Assembly: GCA_037144095.1 (NCBI GenBank)
Contig: JBAWXL010000002.1
Span: 1 to 50,056 of the forward strand
Length of the DNA stretch: 50,056 nucleotides
Reading direction: 5' to 3'
DNA from: Bacteroidota bacterium
GTDB taxonomy: Bacteria > Bacteroidota > Bacteroidia > Bacteroidales > CAIXTV01
Positions 27,416 to 36,631 of the stretch are shown here, in pieces. How positions within the stretch are numbered: the stretch's first letter is position 1; every line of letters starts with the position of its first letter. Made by a program: the position numbers and the translations under genes. The notes under the pieces were generated by a model. That model worked only from the letters and a program-made list of their open reading frames with translations, did no database searches and was not told where the DNA came from.

Positions 27416-28570
27416 ATGAACCAAAATCAGGCTGTTTCATTTTCTAAGCTTAAAGCTTATGTCGAAAAAGAAAAATTTATAGGATATGATCCTTATGATA
27501 TTTTAAATTCGAAAATTCCTTTTAAGTCTTTTGGGAAATGGCCAGGTGCAATATTAACTCAAATACAAAAAAGAAATCCTATCAATATTCGTCCTTTACT
27601 TGGAATAAATAAAGAAATTAACCCAAAAGCATTTGGGATTTTCTTGCAGGCATACTCAATTTTATATCAAAAAACACAAGAAGTAGAATATTTAGAACGA
27701 GCAAACTACTTTTATCAATATCTAAAGCAAAACTATAGTAAAGGATATTCAGGATATGCATGGGGATACAATTTTTCGTGGGCTAGTCCGGTTAAAATAG
27801 TTGAACCTTTTATCCCTTCTTCTGTAGTTACTGGTTTTATTTGCAGGGGACTTTGGCAATACTATCAGATTACGCAAAATCAGGAAGTTGCAGATATACT
27901 CATAAGTGCAGCTAAATTCATCAGAAAGGATCTTTCTGTGTTTTCTGATAAAACAGGTAAATGTATTAGCTATACACCTATAATGCAGGACATCTGTTAC
28001 AATTCAAGTTTGTTAGCAGCCGAAATACTTGCCATAAATTATTGCTTAACTTCAGATGTTTTATTGAAAAATTATTGCATTGAGTTAGTCGATTTTGTTG
28101 TATCGCGCCAAAAATCGGACGGTAAATGGAATTATAGCGAGAGCATTAATGCAGGTATTGAGAGAAGTCAGATCGATTTTCATCAGGGATATGTATTAGA
28201 AAGTATTTTTGAAATACAAAAACTATTGAACCTTAATAACGATAAGTGGAATAAAGCTTTAGAAATAGGACTTGATTTTTATTACCACCATCAGTTCTTT
28301 GAAAATGGACGATCTCTTTGGCGTTTACCAAAAGAATATCCGGTTGATATACACAATCAGAGTCAGGGAATAATTACATTTTCAAAATTGAATCAATTCA
28401 ATAAAGACTATTCTGAATTTGCAAGTGTCATTGTTAATTGGACCATTGATAACATGCAAGCAAAAGACGGTCACTTTTATTACCGAAATTTGAAGTTTTA
28501 CAAAAATAAAATTTCTTATATGCGATGGAGTCAGGCATGGATGTTTTTAGCTTTAAGTTATCAATATTAA
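27416..28570 (+). CDS. Hypothetical protein, possibly an alpha/alpha-toroid glycan-modifying enzyme
   Basis: No signal peptide or TM segment. Helix-rich with recurrent aromatic motifs (GYAWGYNFSWAS, DGKWNYSE, MRWSQAWMF). Function not recognisable from sequence. Confidence 0.3.
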   Translation: MNQNQAVSFSKLKAYVEKEKFIGYDPYDILNSKIPFKSFGKWPGAILTQIQKRNPINIRPLLGINKEINPKAFGIFLQAYSILYQKTQEVEYLERANYFYQYLKQNYSKGYSGYAWGYNFSWASPVKIVEPFIPSSVVTGFICRGLWQYYQITQNQEVADILISAAKFIRKDLSVFSDKTGKCISYTPIMQDICYNSSLLAAEILAINYCLTSDVLLKNYCIELVDFVVSRQKSDGKWNYSESINAGIERSQIDFHQGYVLESIFEIQKLLNLNNDKWNKALEIGLDFYYHHQFFENGRSLWRLPKEYPVDIHNQSQGIITFSKLNQFNKDYSEFASVIVNWTIDNMQAKDGHFYYRNLKFYKNKISYMRWSQAWMFLALSYQY

Positions 28571-28628
28571 TCTGACCATATAAAGATCTTATATACCAAT
28601 TAAAACATATAATTCAAAAATTTAACGA

Positions 28629-29639
28629 ATGAAAGTAATAAGCAATCCGAATCAGATTGACCGAAAGGAGTGGAGTGATTTTATTGCTAATCATCCAAAT
28701 GGAAATATTTTTCAAACTCCTGAAATGTTTGATGTTTATAAGGACACTTGCAATTTTGAACCTATATTTGTTTCCATAATTGAAGATAATAAGATAGAAG
28801 CGATTTTGCTCGCGGTCATTCAAAAGGAAAACTATGGAACCTTAAGCTTTTTAACAGCAAGAGCAATTATAAATGGAGGACCTATCTTTAATATTGATAA
28901 ACCAAATTTGCTTGATTCCATCTTAAATGAGTACAATAAACTGATTAAAAATAAAGTCATTTATTCCCAAATAAGAAACTTTTGGATTTGCAAAGAGGAA
29001 GAAGCGACATTTAAAAAGTATGGATTCATTTTTGAAGATCATTTGAATATTATAAACGACCTGACTATTTCTAATGAAGATCAATGGAGTAATCTTTCAA
29101 GAAAAAGGCGCAGAGGAATTGTTAAAGCAAAAGAGCATGAGTTTGTTATTGAAACTCCAAACGTGAATTTAGCTCTTTCTAAATTCTTCGAACTTCTTAC
29201 CAATCTCTATTCAAGAGTTAAATTGCCTTTCCCCTCATTACAATATTTCGAGAATGTAGTAAACATATTTGACCAAACAAGTCAGGTTATAATATTCAAT
29301 TTGAAAAATAAGGATGAGGTTTTAATTTCATTTTTGGGGCTACTGCATAAAAAAACAATTTTTGGAGTGTGGGTTGCCCATACTGATGATGATTTTGTGA
29401 AGACCACAAAGGCAATGGATTTGTTTTTTTGGGAAATAATGAATTGGGGTTCCTTAAATGGGTACGAAAAATTTGATTGGATGGGCGCTGGCAAACCCGA
29501 TAAAGATTATGGTGTTAGAGATTTTAAACTTCAATTTGGTGGAGAACTTCTAAATTTGGGCAGGTTTGAAAAAGTCCACAGTCGTTTATTGTTTAAATTA
29601 GGAAAAGTAGGGTTAAAAATTTGGCAGAAACTAAAATAA
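28629..29639 (+). CDS. FemAB-family (FemX-like) peptidyl/aminoacyl transferase homolog, copy 2
   Basis: WSDFIANHPNGNIFQTPEM, WSNLSRKRRRGIVKA, FDWMGAGKPDKDYGVRDFKLQFGG. Confidence 0.65.
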   Translation: MKVISNPNQIDRKEWSDFIANHPNGNIFQTPEMFDVYKDTCNFEPIFVSIIEDNKIEAILLAVIQKENYGTLSFLTARAIINGGPIFNIDKPNLLDSILNEYNKLIKNKVIYSQIRNFWICKEEEATFKKYGFIFEDHLNIINDLTISNEDQWSNLSRKRRRGIVKAKEHEFVIETPNVNLALSKFFELLTNLYSRVKLPFPSLQYFENVVNIFDQTSQVIIFNLKNKDEVLISFLGLLHKKTIFGVWVAHTDDDFVKTTKAMDLFFWEIMNWGSLNGYEKFDWMGAGKPDKDYGVRDFKLQFGGELLNLGRFEKVHSRLLFKLGKVGLKIWQKLK

Positions 29640-29641
29640 AA

Positions 29642-30733
29642 ATGAGAATATTAATAGACATAGGACATCCGGCACATGTGCACTATTACCGAAATCTTGC
29701 TGTTGAGCTAGAAAAGAAAGGTCATAATACTTTTTGGTTCGTAAAAGAACTGGAAGTAGCAAGGCATTTACTCGACTTTTATGGAATAAAGTACATAATA
29801 CTTCGCCAAAAAGCTGATAGCATATTCGGTAAAATATGGATGCAATTGCAATACGATTTTATCATATATAAATTCTGTTTACTCAATAAAATTGATATTG
29901 CAATAGGTTCTTCGGTTTCGGTGGCACATGTGTCAAAAATATCAAGGGTTAAATCAATTATTTTCGATGATGATGATGATGGCGTTCAACCATTGGTGAC
30001 AAAATATGTAAATCCTTATGCCGATTATCTCATTTCGCCTGAAGCCCTACTAGGAAAAAGAAAGCGTACAGACACTATCTATTATCCTGGCTATCATGAA
30101 TTAGCCTATCTTCATCCAAATAGATTCAGTCCCGACCCAAATGTATTGGCTGAAGGGGGCATTAGTCCCGGAGATCCTTTTTTCATTATGCGGTTCAATG
30201 TTTTCAAAGCGCATCACGATACCGGTATTATTGGACTTACATTGGATCAGAAACTTCAACTAATTGATATTCTAAAACCTCACGGAAAGGTCTTTATTAC
30301 TACTGAACGCAATATCGAACCCGAACTTAAAGAATATCAACTTAAAGTAAGTCCCGAAAAAATTCATTCTCTGATGGCGTATTCAACTATGTTTATAGGT
30401 GATAGTCAAACCATGACTTCTGAAGCAGCAGTTTTGGGAATTCCTTCTCTAAGATGTAATTCCTTCTGTGGACGCATCGCTTATATTGAAGAAGAAGAGC
30501 ACAAATATCAACTTACTTTCGGATTTAAACCAGAGAACTTTCCGCAAATGGTATTAAAACTAAAAGAACTAATGGCAATGCCTAATTTGAAAGAAGAATG
30601 GCAATTGCGCAGAAAAAAGATGCTTAACGAAAAGATTGATGTTACCTCTTTCTGGTCTTGGTTCATCGAAAACTTCCCTCTAAGCGCTAAATTAACTAAA
30701 AATGAACAAGAATTCTGGCAAGACTTTAAATAA
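29642..30733 (+). CDS. DUF354 family protein (GT-B-like fold, uncharacterised)
   Basis: MRILIDIGHPAHVHYYRNLAVELEKKGH is the hallmark DUF354 N-terminus. ATG 29642 chosen because it lies just past the upstream stop. Confidence 0.7.
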   Translation: MRILIDIGHPAHVHYYRNLAVELEKKGHNTFWFVKELEVARHLLDFYGIKYIILRQKADSIFGKIWMQLQYDFIIYKFCLLNKIDIAIGSSVSVAHVSKISRVKSIIFDDDDDGVQPLVTKYVNPYADYLISPEALLGKRKRTDTIYYPGYHELAYLHPNRFSPDPNVLAEGGISPGDPFFIMRFNVFKAHHDTGIIGLTLDQKLQLIDILKPHGKVFITTERNIEPELKEYQLKVSPEKIHSLMAYSTMFIGDSQTMTSEAAVLGIPSLRCNSFCGRIAYIEEEEHKYQLTFGFKPENFPQMVLKLKELMAMPNLKEEWQLRRKKMLNEKIDVTSFWSWFIENFPLSAKLTKNEQEFWQDFK

Positions 30734-30737
30734 AGAA

Positions 30738-31934
30738 ATGAAAATCATCTCAGTAGTGGGTGCTCGCCCCAATTTCATGAAAATAGCTCCCTTTATTAAG
30801 GCTATAAGCTCATATAATTCACAGATTTCAATAAATTCTGCTAAACTTGAAGCTATCAATTCGACTTCAATTCAGCATATTCTTGTGCATACTGGTCAGC
30901 ATTATGACGACCGCATGTCTAAAACATTTTTCGAAGAATTAGGAATTCCTGAAGCTGATATTAACCTAGGTGTTGGCTCTGGAACACATGCCGAACAGGT
31001 GGGACAAACCATGATTGAATTCGAAAAAGTGCTTAAAGCAGAGAAACCCGATTGGGTGGTGGTGGTAGGTGATGTGAATGCAACGCTTGCTTGTTCGGTT
31101 ACAGCTAAAAAAGAGTGGATTAAATGCTGTCATATTGAAGCCGGTTTGCGTTCGGGTGACATCCGTATGCCTGAAGAGGTCAATCGTTTGGTAACGGATA
31201 GGCTATCAGACCTTCTTCTGACTCCTGACAAGTTATCGTCAGAAAACCTCTTAAAAGAAGGCACTTCTGAGGATCGTATTGTGTTCGTAGGCAATATAAT
31301 GATAGACACACTTGAATCGAATCGCGAAAAAGCCTCTAATTTGGACATCTTACAAATTATTGAAGATAATTTATACGTTGAAAACTCATTTGCGCCTAAG
31401 GATAAGAACCTTTTCCGAGATGGAAACATTGCTGCAATAACGCTTCATCGACCATCAAATGTTGATGAAAAGGATGTGTTGACTCAACTGGTTTCTTTTC
31501 TTTTGGATGAAGTGTGCACAAAAACGCCTTTATTGTGGCCCATTCATCCACGTGCCGAAAACAAGCTTAAAACATTTGGTTTATGGGAGAAAGTACTCAA
31601 CACACATAATCTTATCTTGTTGAAACCTTTAGGATATCACGAGATGCTTCGGGTAAATATGGCATCTCAATTCATGATTACTGACAGTGGTGGCTTACAG
31701 GAGGAATGCACTGTGCTTGGCACGCCCTGCCTAACGCTTCGTTGGAACACTGAACGACCCATTACCCTGGTGGAACATGGTGGCGCAAGCGTATTAGTGG
31801 GTAACAATGTTGAACAAATCAGAAAGGAATACAATATTGTAATTTCAAAAAGCAGAGTTCCGGTTAGACCTCCTCTTTGGGATGGGAAAACTGCCGAAAG
31901 ATGCCTTCAGGCAATCTTAAATTACGGAAAGTAA
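30738..31934 (+). CDS. UDP-N-acetylglucosamine 2-epimerase, non-hydrolysing, paralog 3
   Basis: IISVVGARPNFMK, VHTGQHYD, VVGDVNATLA, HIEAGLRSGDIRMPEEVNR, DSGGLQEE. It has about 16 extra residues between FMK and VHTGQH relative to paralog 1. Confidence 0.85.
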   Translation: MKIISVVGARPNFMKIAPFIKAISSYNSQISINSAKLEAINSTSIQHILVHTGQHYDDRMSKTFFEELGIPEADINLGVGSGTHAEQVGQTMIEFEKVLKAEKPDWVVVVGDVNATLACSVTAKKEWIKCCHIEAGLRSGDIRMPEEVNRLVTDRLSDLLLTPDKLSSENLLKEGTSEDRIVFVGNIMIDTLESNREKASNLDILQIIEDNLYVENSFAPKDKNLFRDGNIAAITLHRPSNVDEKDVLTQLVSFLLDEVCTKTPLLWPIHPRAENKLKTFGLWEKVLNTHNLILLKPLGYHEMLRVNMASQFMITDSGGLQEECTVLGTPCLTLRWNTERPITLVEHGGASVLVGNNVEQIRKEYNIVISKSRVPVRPPLWDGKTAERCLQAILNYGK

Positions 31935-32069
31935 AGAGGAATTTTAAGATTTCAAATGCGATGAGCGATTGAATTGAGGGTCTCTTTAAAATTAAAAAAA
32001 TAGTAAAAGTCGATAGACTCCAGTCTCCAAACCGTAATAAGCCAAATGCTCAAATTTAGTCTCTTACTG

Positions 32070-32099
32070 TTGGCAGGCTGCTGACTGTCGGCTTTTTTT
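32070..32099 (+). terminator. Candidate intrinsic terminator
   Basis: UUGGCAG / CUGUCGG stem (7 bp including G-U pairs), 8-nt loop, then T7 (32093..32099). Confidence 0.45.
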
Positions 32100-32121
32100 A
32101 ATTCATACAAAGTCACAAACG

Positions 32122-32892
32122 ATGGATTTCACAATTAATATTTATAGCAAACTCTTAGATGCACTTCGGAGGGAGGGTTATGCTTTTCAAACATTTTCGG
32201 ATTTTATCCAAAACCCGTCAGCTAAGACGATTGTGCTTCGTCATGATGTGGATTTGTTGCCTTACAACTCTTTGCGTTTTGCAAAAATACAGTCTCAGCT
32301 TGAAATTAAAGGAACCTATTATTTTAGGGCAGTGCCTGAAAGCTGGGACGAAAAGGTGATTTCGGAAATTGCTGCCCTGGGACATGAAGTTGGTTATCAC
32401 TACGAAACGATGGACACTGCTAATGGCAATTTGGATGAGGCTTGGAGCCAATTTTGTTTCCATTTGGGTGAATTACGAAAACTGACCACAGTAAGTTCAA
32501 TTTGTATGCATGGAAGTCCACGTTCGAAGTTTGATAATAGGCGGATTTGGGAGAAATATGATTATAAAACGTTGGAATTGGTGGCCGAGCCTTATTTTGA
32601 TGTAGATTTCAGTTCGGTTTTTTATTTGACGGATACGGGAAGACGGTGGGATGGATACAAAGTTAGTGTGCGCGATAAGATTCCTATGCATCAGGAGCGT
32701 TGGAATGCACAGGGGTTGGCATTTCATTCGACTGAGGAGATTATAGGTAAGGCAGATAGCTTGCCTAATCAAATCATGTTTACGTTTCATCCGCAGCGAT
32801 GGCATGATAGTTTTTATTTGTTGACACGCGAAATGCTCGTTCAACGGATAAAAAATATGGTTAAGTTCCTTTTGATTAACATCAAGAAATAA
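32122..32892 (+). CDS. Polysaccharide deacetylase-like protein (NodB-related family)
   Basis: VLRHDVDLLPYNSLRFA, GHEVGYHYE, ICMHGSP. Confidence 0.55.
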   Translation: MDFTINIYSKLLDALRREGYAFQTFSDFIQNPSAKTIVLRHDVDLLPYNSLRFAKIQSQLEIKGTYYFRAVPESWDEKVISEIAALGHEVGYHYETMDTANGNLDEAWSQFCFHLGELRKLTTVSSICMHGSPRSKFDNRRIWEKYDYKTLELVAEPYFDVDFSSVFYLTDTGRRWDGYKVSVRDKIPMHQERWNAQGLAFHSTEEIIGKADSLPNQIMFTFHPQRWHDSFYLLTREMLVQRIKNMVKFLLINIKK

Positions 32893-32942
32893 GATTATTC
32901 CTGCATAAAGGCTAATTCAATTCTTCTAAATCAATTAATAAA

Positions 32943-34622
32943 ATGAAAAAAACAACTATCTTTCTTCTTCTTTCCTTTTTAAGTTTTCATCTTTATTCAC
33001 AAACGGTTTATCAACATATTAGTGATCAATCGCTTTACGAGTTTTTGGATGAGCTTGCCAATGAACATTTAATAAACTTAAACACAACTATTAAGCCTTA
33101 CAGCAGGAAACTGATTGCTGAAAAGTTGGTTGAAGCTAACGGAAAGAATGAACTCCTGACAAAACGTCAGACGCAGGAAATTGAATATTATTTGAACGAA
33201 TTTAGCCTTGAAACAGGCAATCTTCCCAAATCGACACTAAATCTCTATCATAAAGGTGACAGTCTTAAAATTGGCGTGTTAATTCCTGAAGTGGCTTGGA
33301 ACACAAAGCTTTCGAAAATTCTGGTTCGACCGATATATGGCGTACGCTTCTTCTCGAAAGCGAAGGACAATTTCTATGCTACTTATGGCGGGCTGGAGGC
33401 TTCGGCTTATTTAGGAAAGAATTTTGGCATATATGCCAGTCTGAGAGACAATTATCAGGATAAATATCTGCTTGCAAAACCGACTTATTTCACGCAGGAA
33501 ATGGGGGGAAACTATAAGGTGAACGAAGGTGGACGGCTTGGAGGGGACTTTAGCGAAATGCGCGGGGGCTTGACCTATACGTGGAAATGGGGCGACATTG
33601 GCTTAATTAAAGATCACCTTGAGTGGGGGGACAACTACAATGGCGCGAATATTTTCTCGGGGAGGACGCCCTCGTTTGCGATGATTAAATTGCATTTGAA
33701 GCCTGCTAAATGGTTTGATTTTAATTATTTCCATGGATGGCTGGTGTCGGAAGTGACGGATAGCGCTCAGTCGTATATTACTAGCAATGGAGATTATCGC
33801 GCTGTTTTCACCCAAAAATATATTGCGGCTAATATGTACACGATTTCGCCATGGGAAAGGTTTAATTTATCGATTGGTAACTCGATTGTGTACGGGGATA
33901 TGCCTGTACAGGCGGCTTATTTGATTCCGTTCATGTTTTTCAAGTCGATGGACCATACGATTAATCATAATATTGATAATCAAAACTCGCAGCTGTTTTT
34001 GAACGTTAATAGTCGGAATATTAAACATCTGCATCTGTTTCTTTCTTATTATATTGATGAGTTTTCGTTGCATCGTGTGACAAGTTCGACGCGATATAAC
34101 TTTGTGAGCACGAAGGTGGGCTTCCGGCTGTCGGATTTCCCGTTGAGAAATATTGCTCTGACTTCTGAGTTTACGCAGACGATGCCGATTACGTATAAAC
34201 ATCGGGTTCCGAGCATTACTTTTGAGACAAATCAATTTAATTTGGGTCATTATTTAAGAGATAATTCGCAGGAGTTGTATGTTGCGCTGGAAGCGAAACC
34301 TTATCGAACGCTGAAAATCAAATTATCGTACCTGACGGCGTTTCACGGAAACGAAATTAAATACTTGACGGTGACGCCTGTGCCGATTGATGCGTATCCG
34401 GTGTTGAAAAATAAGACGTGGAGCAATGAAACGTTGCAGTTGAGGGTGGAATATCGGCCTTTTGCGAACACGAGTGTATTTTTGGAATATGCCAACAGCA
34501 ATATTCAGGGGTATGATATGGATATGAAAACGGCGAAATATTATTTGGATATGTATACTTCTGAATATCTGCAGGGAAAGAACAACATTTTAACGTTGGG
34601 TTTTGCTTTCGGATTTCAATAG
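32943..34622 (+). CDS. Outer-membrane beta-barrel, capsule assembly Wzi-like
   Basis: Signal peptide MKKTTIFLLLSFLSFHLYSQ. N-terminal YEFLDELANEHLINLNTTIKPYSRKLIAEKL is Wzi-like. Alternating-strand pattern with a C-terminal LTLGFAFGFQ. Confidence 0.55.
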   Translation: MKKTTIFLLLSFLSFHLYSQTVYQHISDQSLYEFLDELANEHLINLNTTIKPYSRKLIAEKLVEANGKNELLTKRQTQEIEYYLNEFSLETGNLPKSTLNLYHKGDSLKIGVLIPEVAWNTKLSKILVRPIYGVRFFSKAKDNFYATYGGLEASAYLGKNFGIYASLRDNYQDKYLLAKPTYFTQEMGGNYKVNEGGRLGGDFSEMRGGLTYTWKWGDIGLIKDHLEWGDNYNGANIFSGRTPSFAMIKLHLKPAKWFDFNYFHGWLVSEVTDSAQSYITSNGDYRAVFTQKYIAANMYTISPWERFNLSIGNSIVYGDMPVQAAYLIPFMFFKSMDHTINHNIDNQNSQLFLNVNSRNIKHLHLFLSYYIDEFSLHRVTSSTRYNFVSTKVGFRLSDFPLRNIALTSEFTQTMPITYKHRVPSITFETNQFNLGHYLRDNSQELYVALEAKPYRTLKIKLSYLTAFHGNEIKYLTVTPVPIDAYPVLKNKTWSNETLQLRVEYRPFANTSVFLEYANSNIQGYDMDMKTAKYYLDMYTSEYLQGKNNILTLGFAFGFQ

Positions 34623-34645
34623 AGATAAAATTAATTTTTGAATTG

Positions 34646-34680
34646 GAAAAAGCCTTGTGAAAACGGGGCTTTTTCTGTTT
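34646..34680 (+). terminator. Intrinsic terminator after the OMP gene
   Basis: GAAAAAGCC (34646..34654) pairs with GGCTTTTTC (34667..34675), with a 12-nt loop and a T-rich tail. Confidence 0.6.
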
Positions 34681-34974
34681 TATGTGTGAAGGTGGGGTTG
34701 TTATAAATGCAAGTTTTGGTGTAATAAAAAAAATAATTGGTTTTTTATTGCTGCATTTTATTATTCTTCTATTTCTATAAATTACTTTTATTTATAACTA
34801 AAATGTATTCAAGTAATTAACTAACTATTCTATTGTCTGGAATATTATTTTTTGAAATAAAAAACTATTTTTACAAACTTACCTTAACCTTGATTAACTT
34901 TTTTACAATGAAGATTTATATTGTTCATTCATTCCTAAGATTCTTTAAAAAAGGAAAATTCAGCCAAAATTTGA

Positions 34975-35142
34975 GGTAGAAACGACATACTCTTACAAGA
35001 ATCTGTCGGTTCTTCTGATAGAAACGACAGGATGGTGCAAAAATCTGTCGTTTCTTCTGGTATAAACGACAGGATGGCGTAAAAATCTGTCAGTTCTTTT
35101 GGTACAAACGACAGGATGGTGCACCATCCTGTCGTTTGTACC
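34975..35142. repeat. Array C: 4 tandem 42-bp units, each a hairpin (AAACGACAG..CTGTCGTTT); the last unit is a perfect 42-nt palindrome
   Basis: Units at 34975, 35017, 35059 and 35101. I checked 35101..35142 (ggtacaaacgacaggatggtgcaccatcctgtcgtttgtacc) base by base and it is fully self-complementary. Confidence 0.95.
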
Positions 35143-35342
35143 AGTATTTTTAGCCTCTTTTTTCATCAAAAAACAGCTTTTTAATATGCAAATAATCATT
35201 TAAAACACATATTATCATTGCTTTAGCATTAAATGATCCCACCACCACAACAATGCCCTTATTGAATGTCTGTTCAATTCCAATAAAAGACACTCGGATT
35301 TACCGGTTTGGTAGTAGTTTTTTTTACACTTCAAACAAAAAC

Positions 35343-35350
35343 TAATTTTG
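35343..35350 (+). promoter_or_regulatory. Candidate -7 box TAATTTTG upstream of module 4
   Basis: TAnnTTTG match about 95 nt upstream of ATG 35444. Confidence 0.3.
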
Positions 35351-35443
35351 CTGCCAAAGCGACTGAATTTCCTTTACATCCCTACACTTGCCTATATCAC
35401 AAAATATATGTACTTTCGCCCCTCTAAATTAACATCAACAGAA

Positions 35444-36439
35444 ATGAATCAACATGCAACGGACCAGGCTTTTCCATTATCGGGGGCTAAGGTATTAGTG
35501 ATAGGAGGAGCCGGTTTTATTGGCGGCTTTGTGGTAAGCGAGCTATTAAAAGAGGAGGTGAAAGAAGTAATCATCTACGATAATTTCACCCGCGGAAAGA
35601 TGAGCAATATAGCGGAATCGCTTAAAGACCCGCGCTGTTCGGTCTACGCTTATGGCGGCGATGTGAGAGACATCGATATCTTAAATACTGCCATGCAGGG
35701 GGTTGATTATGTGTTTCATTTGGCGGCTATGTGGCTGTTGCATTGCAAAGATTATCCGCGCACGGCTTTTCATGTCAATATCGAGGGCACTTTCAATGTG
35801 CTGGAAGCATGTGTAAATAATAAAGTTAAAAAGCTGCTGTATTCTTCTTCGGCTTCGGTTTATGGCGATGCGGTTGAAGTCCCCATGACAGAAGATCATC
35901 CTTTCAATAATCGTAACTTTTATGGTTCCACCAAGATTGCAGGCGAAGCCATGGGCACGGCTTTCAACGATCGTTATGGCTTGCCGATAGTGGGATTGCG
36001 CTATATGAATGTATACGGTCCCGGTCAGGATCAACATGCTGCCTACACCGGTGTGATACCCATTATGCTGAATAAAATTGATGCCAATGAACCACCCATG
36101 ATTAATGGAGACGGAAGTCAGGCTTATGATTTTATTTATGTGGAAGATGTTGCCCGTTGCAATGTGGCTGCTTTGAAGAGTGCTGTTACACACGGATATT
36201 ACAATGTAGGCACCGAAGTGCAAACTTCCATCCGCGAATTGTGTGATACGATTTTAGACTTAAAAAAATCTGCTTTGCAGGTAACTTATATTCCTTACAG
36301 CGAAGACGATGCCCGTCAGTTTGTTCAAAACCGCATAGGTTCGGCACAAAAAGCAAAGAACGAACTTGGGTTTGAATATAAATATTCTTTAACCGAAGGC
36401 TTGTTGAAATTGATTGAATGGCGTAACAAAACGCTTTAA
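35444..36439 (+). CDS. NAD-dependent sugar epimerase/dehydratase (SDR)
   Basis: VLVIGGAGFIGGFV, YGSTKIAGE, LRYMNVYGPGQ. ATG 35444 preferred over the upstream TTG-type start at 35348. Confidence 0.75.
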   Translation: MNQHATDQAFPLSGAKVLVIGGAGFIGGFVVSELLKEEVKEVIIYDNFTRGKMSNIAESLKDPRCSVYAYGGDVRDIDILNTAMQGVDYVFHLAAMWLLHCKDYPRTAFHVNIEGTFNVLEACVNNKVKKLLYSSSASVYGDAVEVPMTEDHPFNNRNFYGSTKIAGEAMGTAFNDRYGLPIVGLRYMNVYGPGQDQHAAYTGVIPIMLNKIDANEPPMINGDGSQAYDFIYVEDVARCNVAALKSAVTHGYYNVGTEVQTSIRELCDTILDLKKSALQVTYIPYSEDDARQFVQNRIGSAQKAKNELGFEYKYSLTEGLLKLIEWRNKTL

Positions 36440-36631
36440 TGTTTTAATGAATTTTAGTTTTATAAAGAATTCTTTGTGTAATTTTGTCTTGACTTTGAGT
36501 CCCTTTTGAGGAATTGACAAACTAATCTTCACGAAGAGAATTTACAAAATGAGAAATAAAATCAGCTTGTATTAAAATTTAAAAGTGAATATAACGTATT
36601 CTTTGCAAATAAATCAAACAGAAAATAACGA

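Noticed and set aside
35681-36223. 180-aa antisense ORF inside the SDR gene, and similar alternative-frame ORFs at 41866..42219, 42487..42849, 42454..42765, 43112..43363 and 43306..43847
   Set aside because: They sit within the more GC-rich blocks, where chance ORFs are longer. The overlapping + strand ORFs carry clear family motifs.
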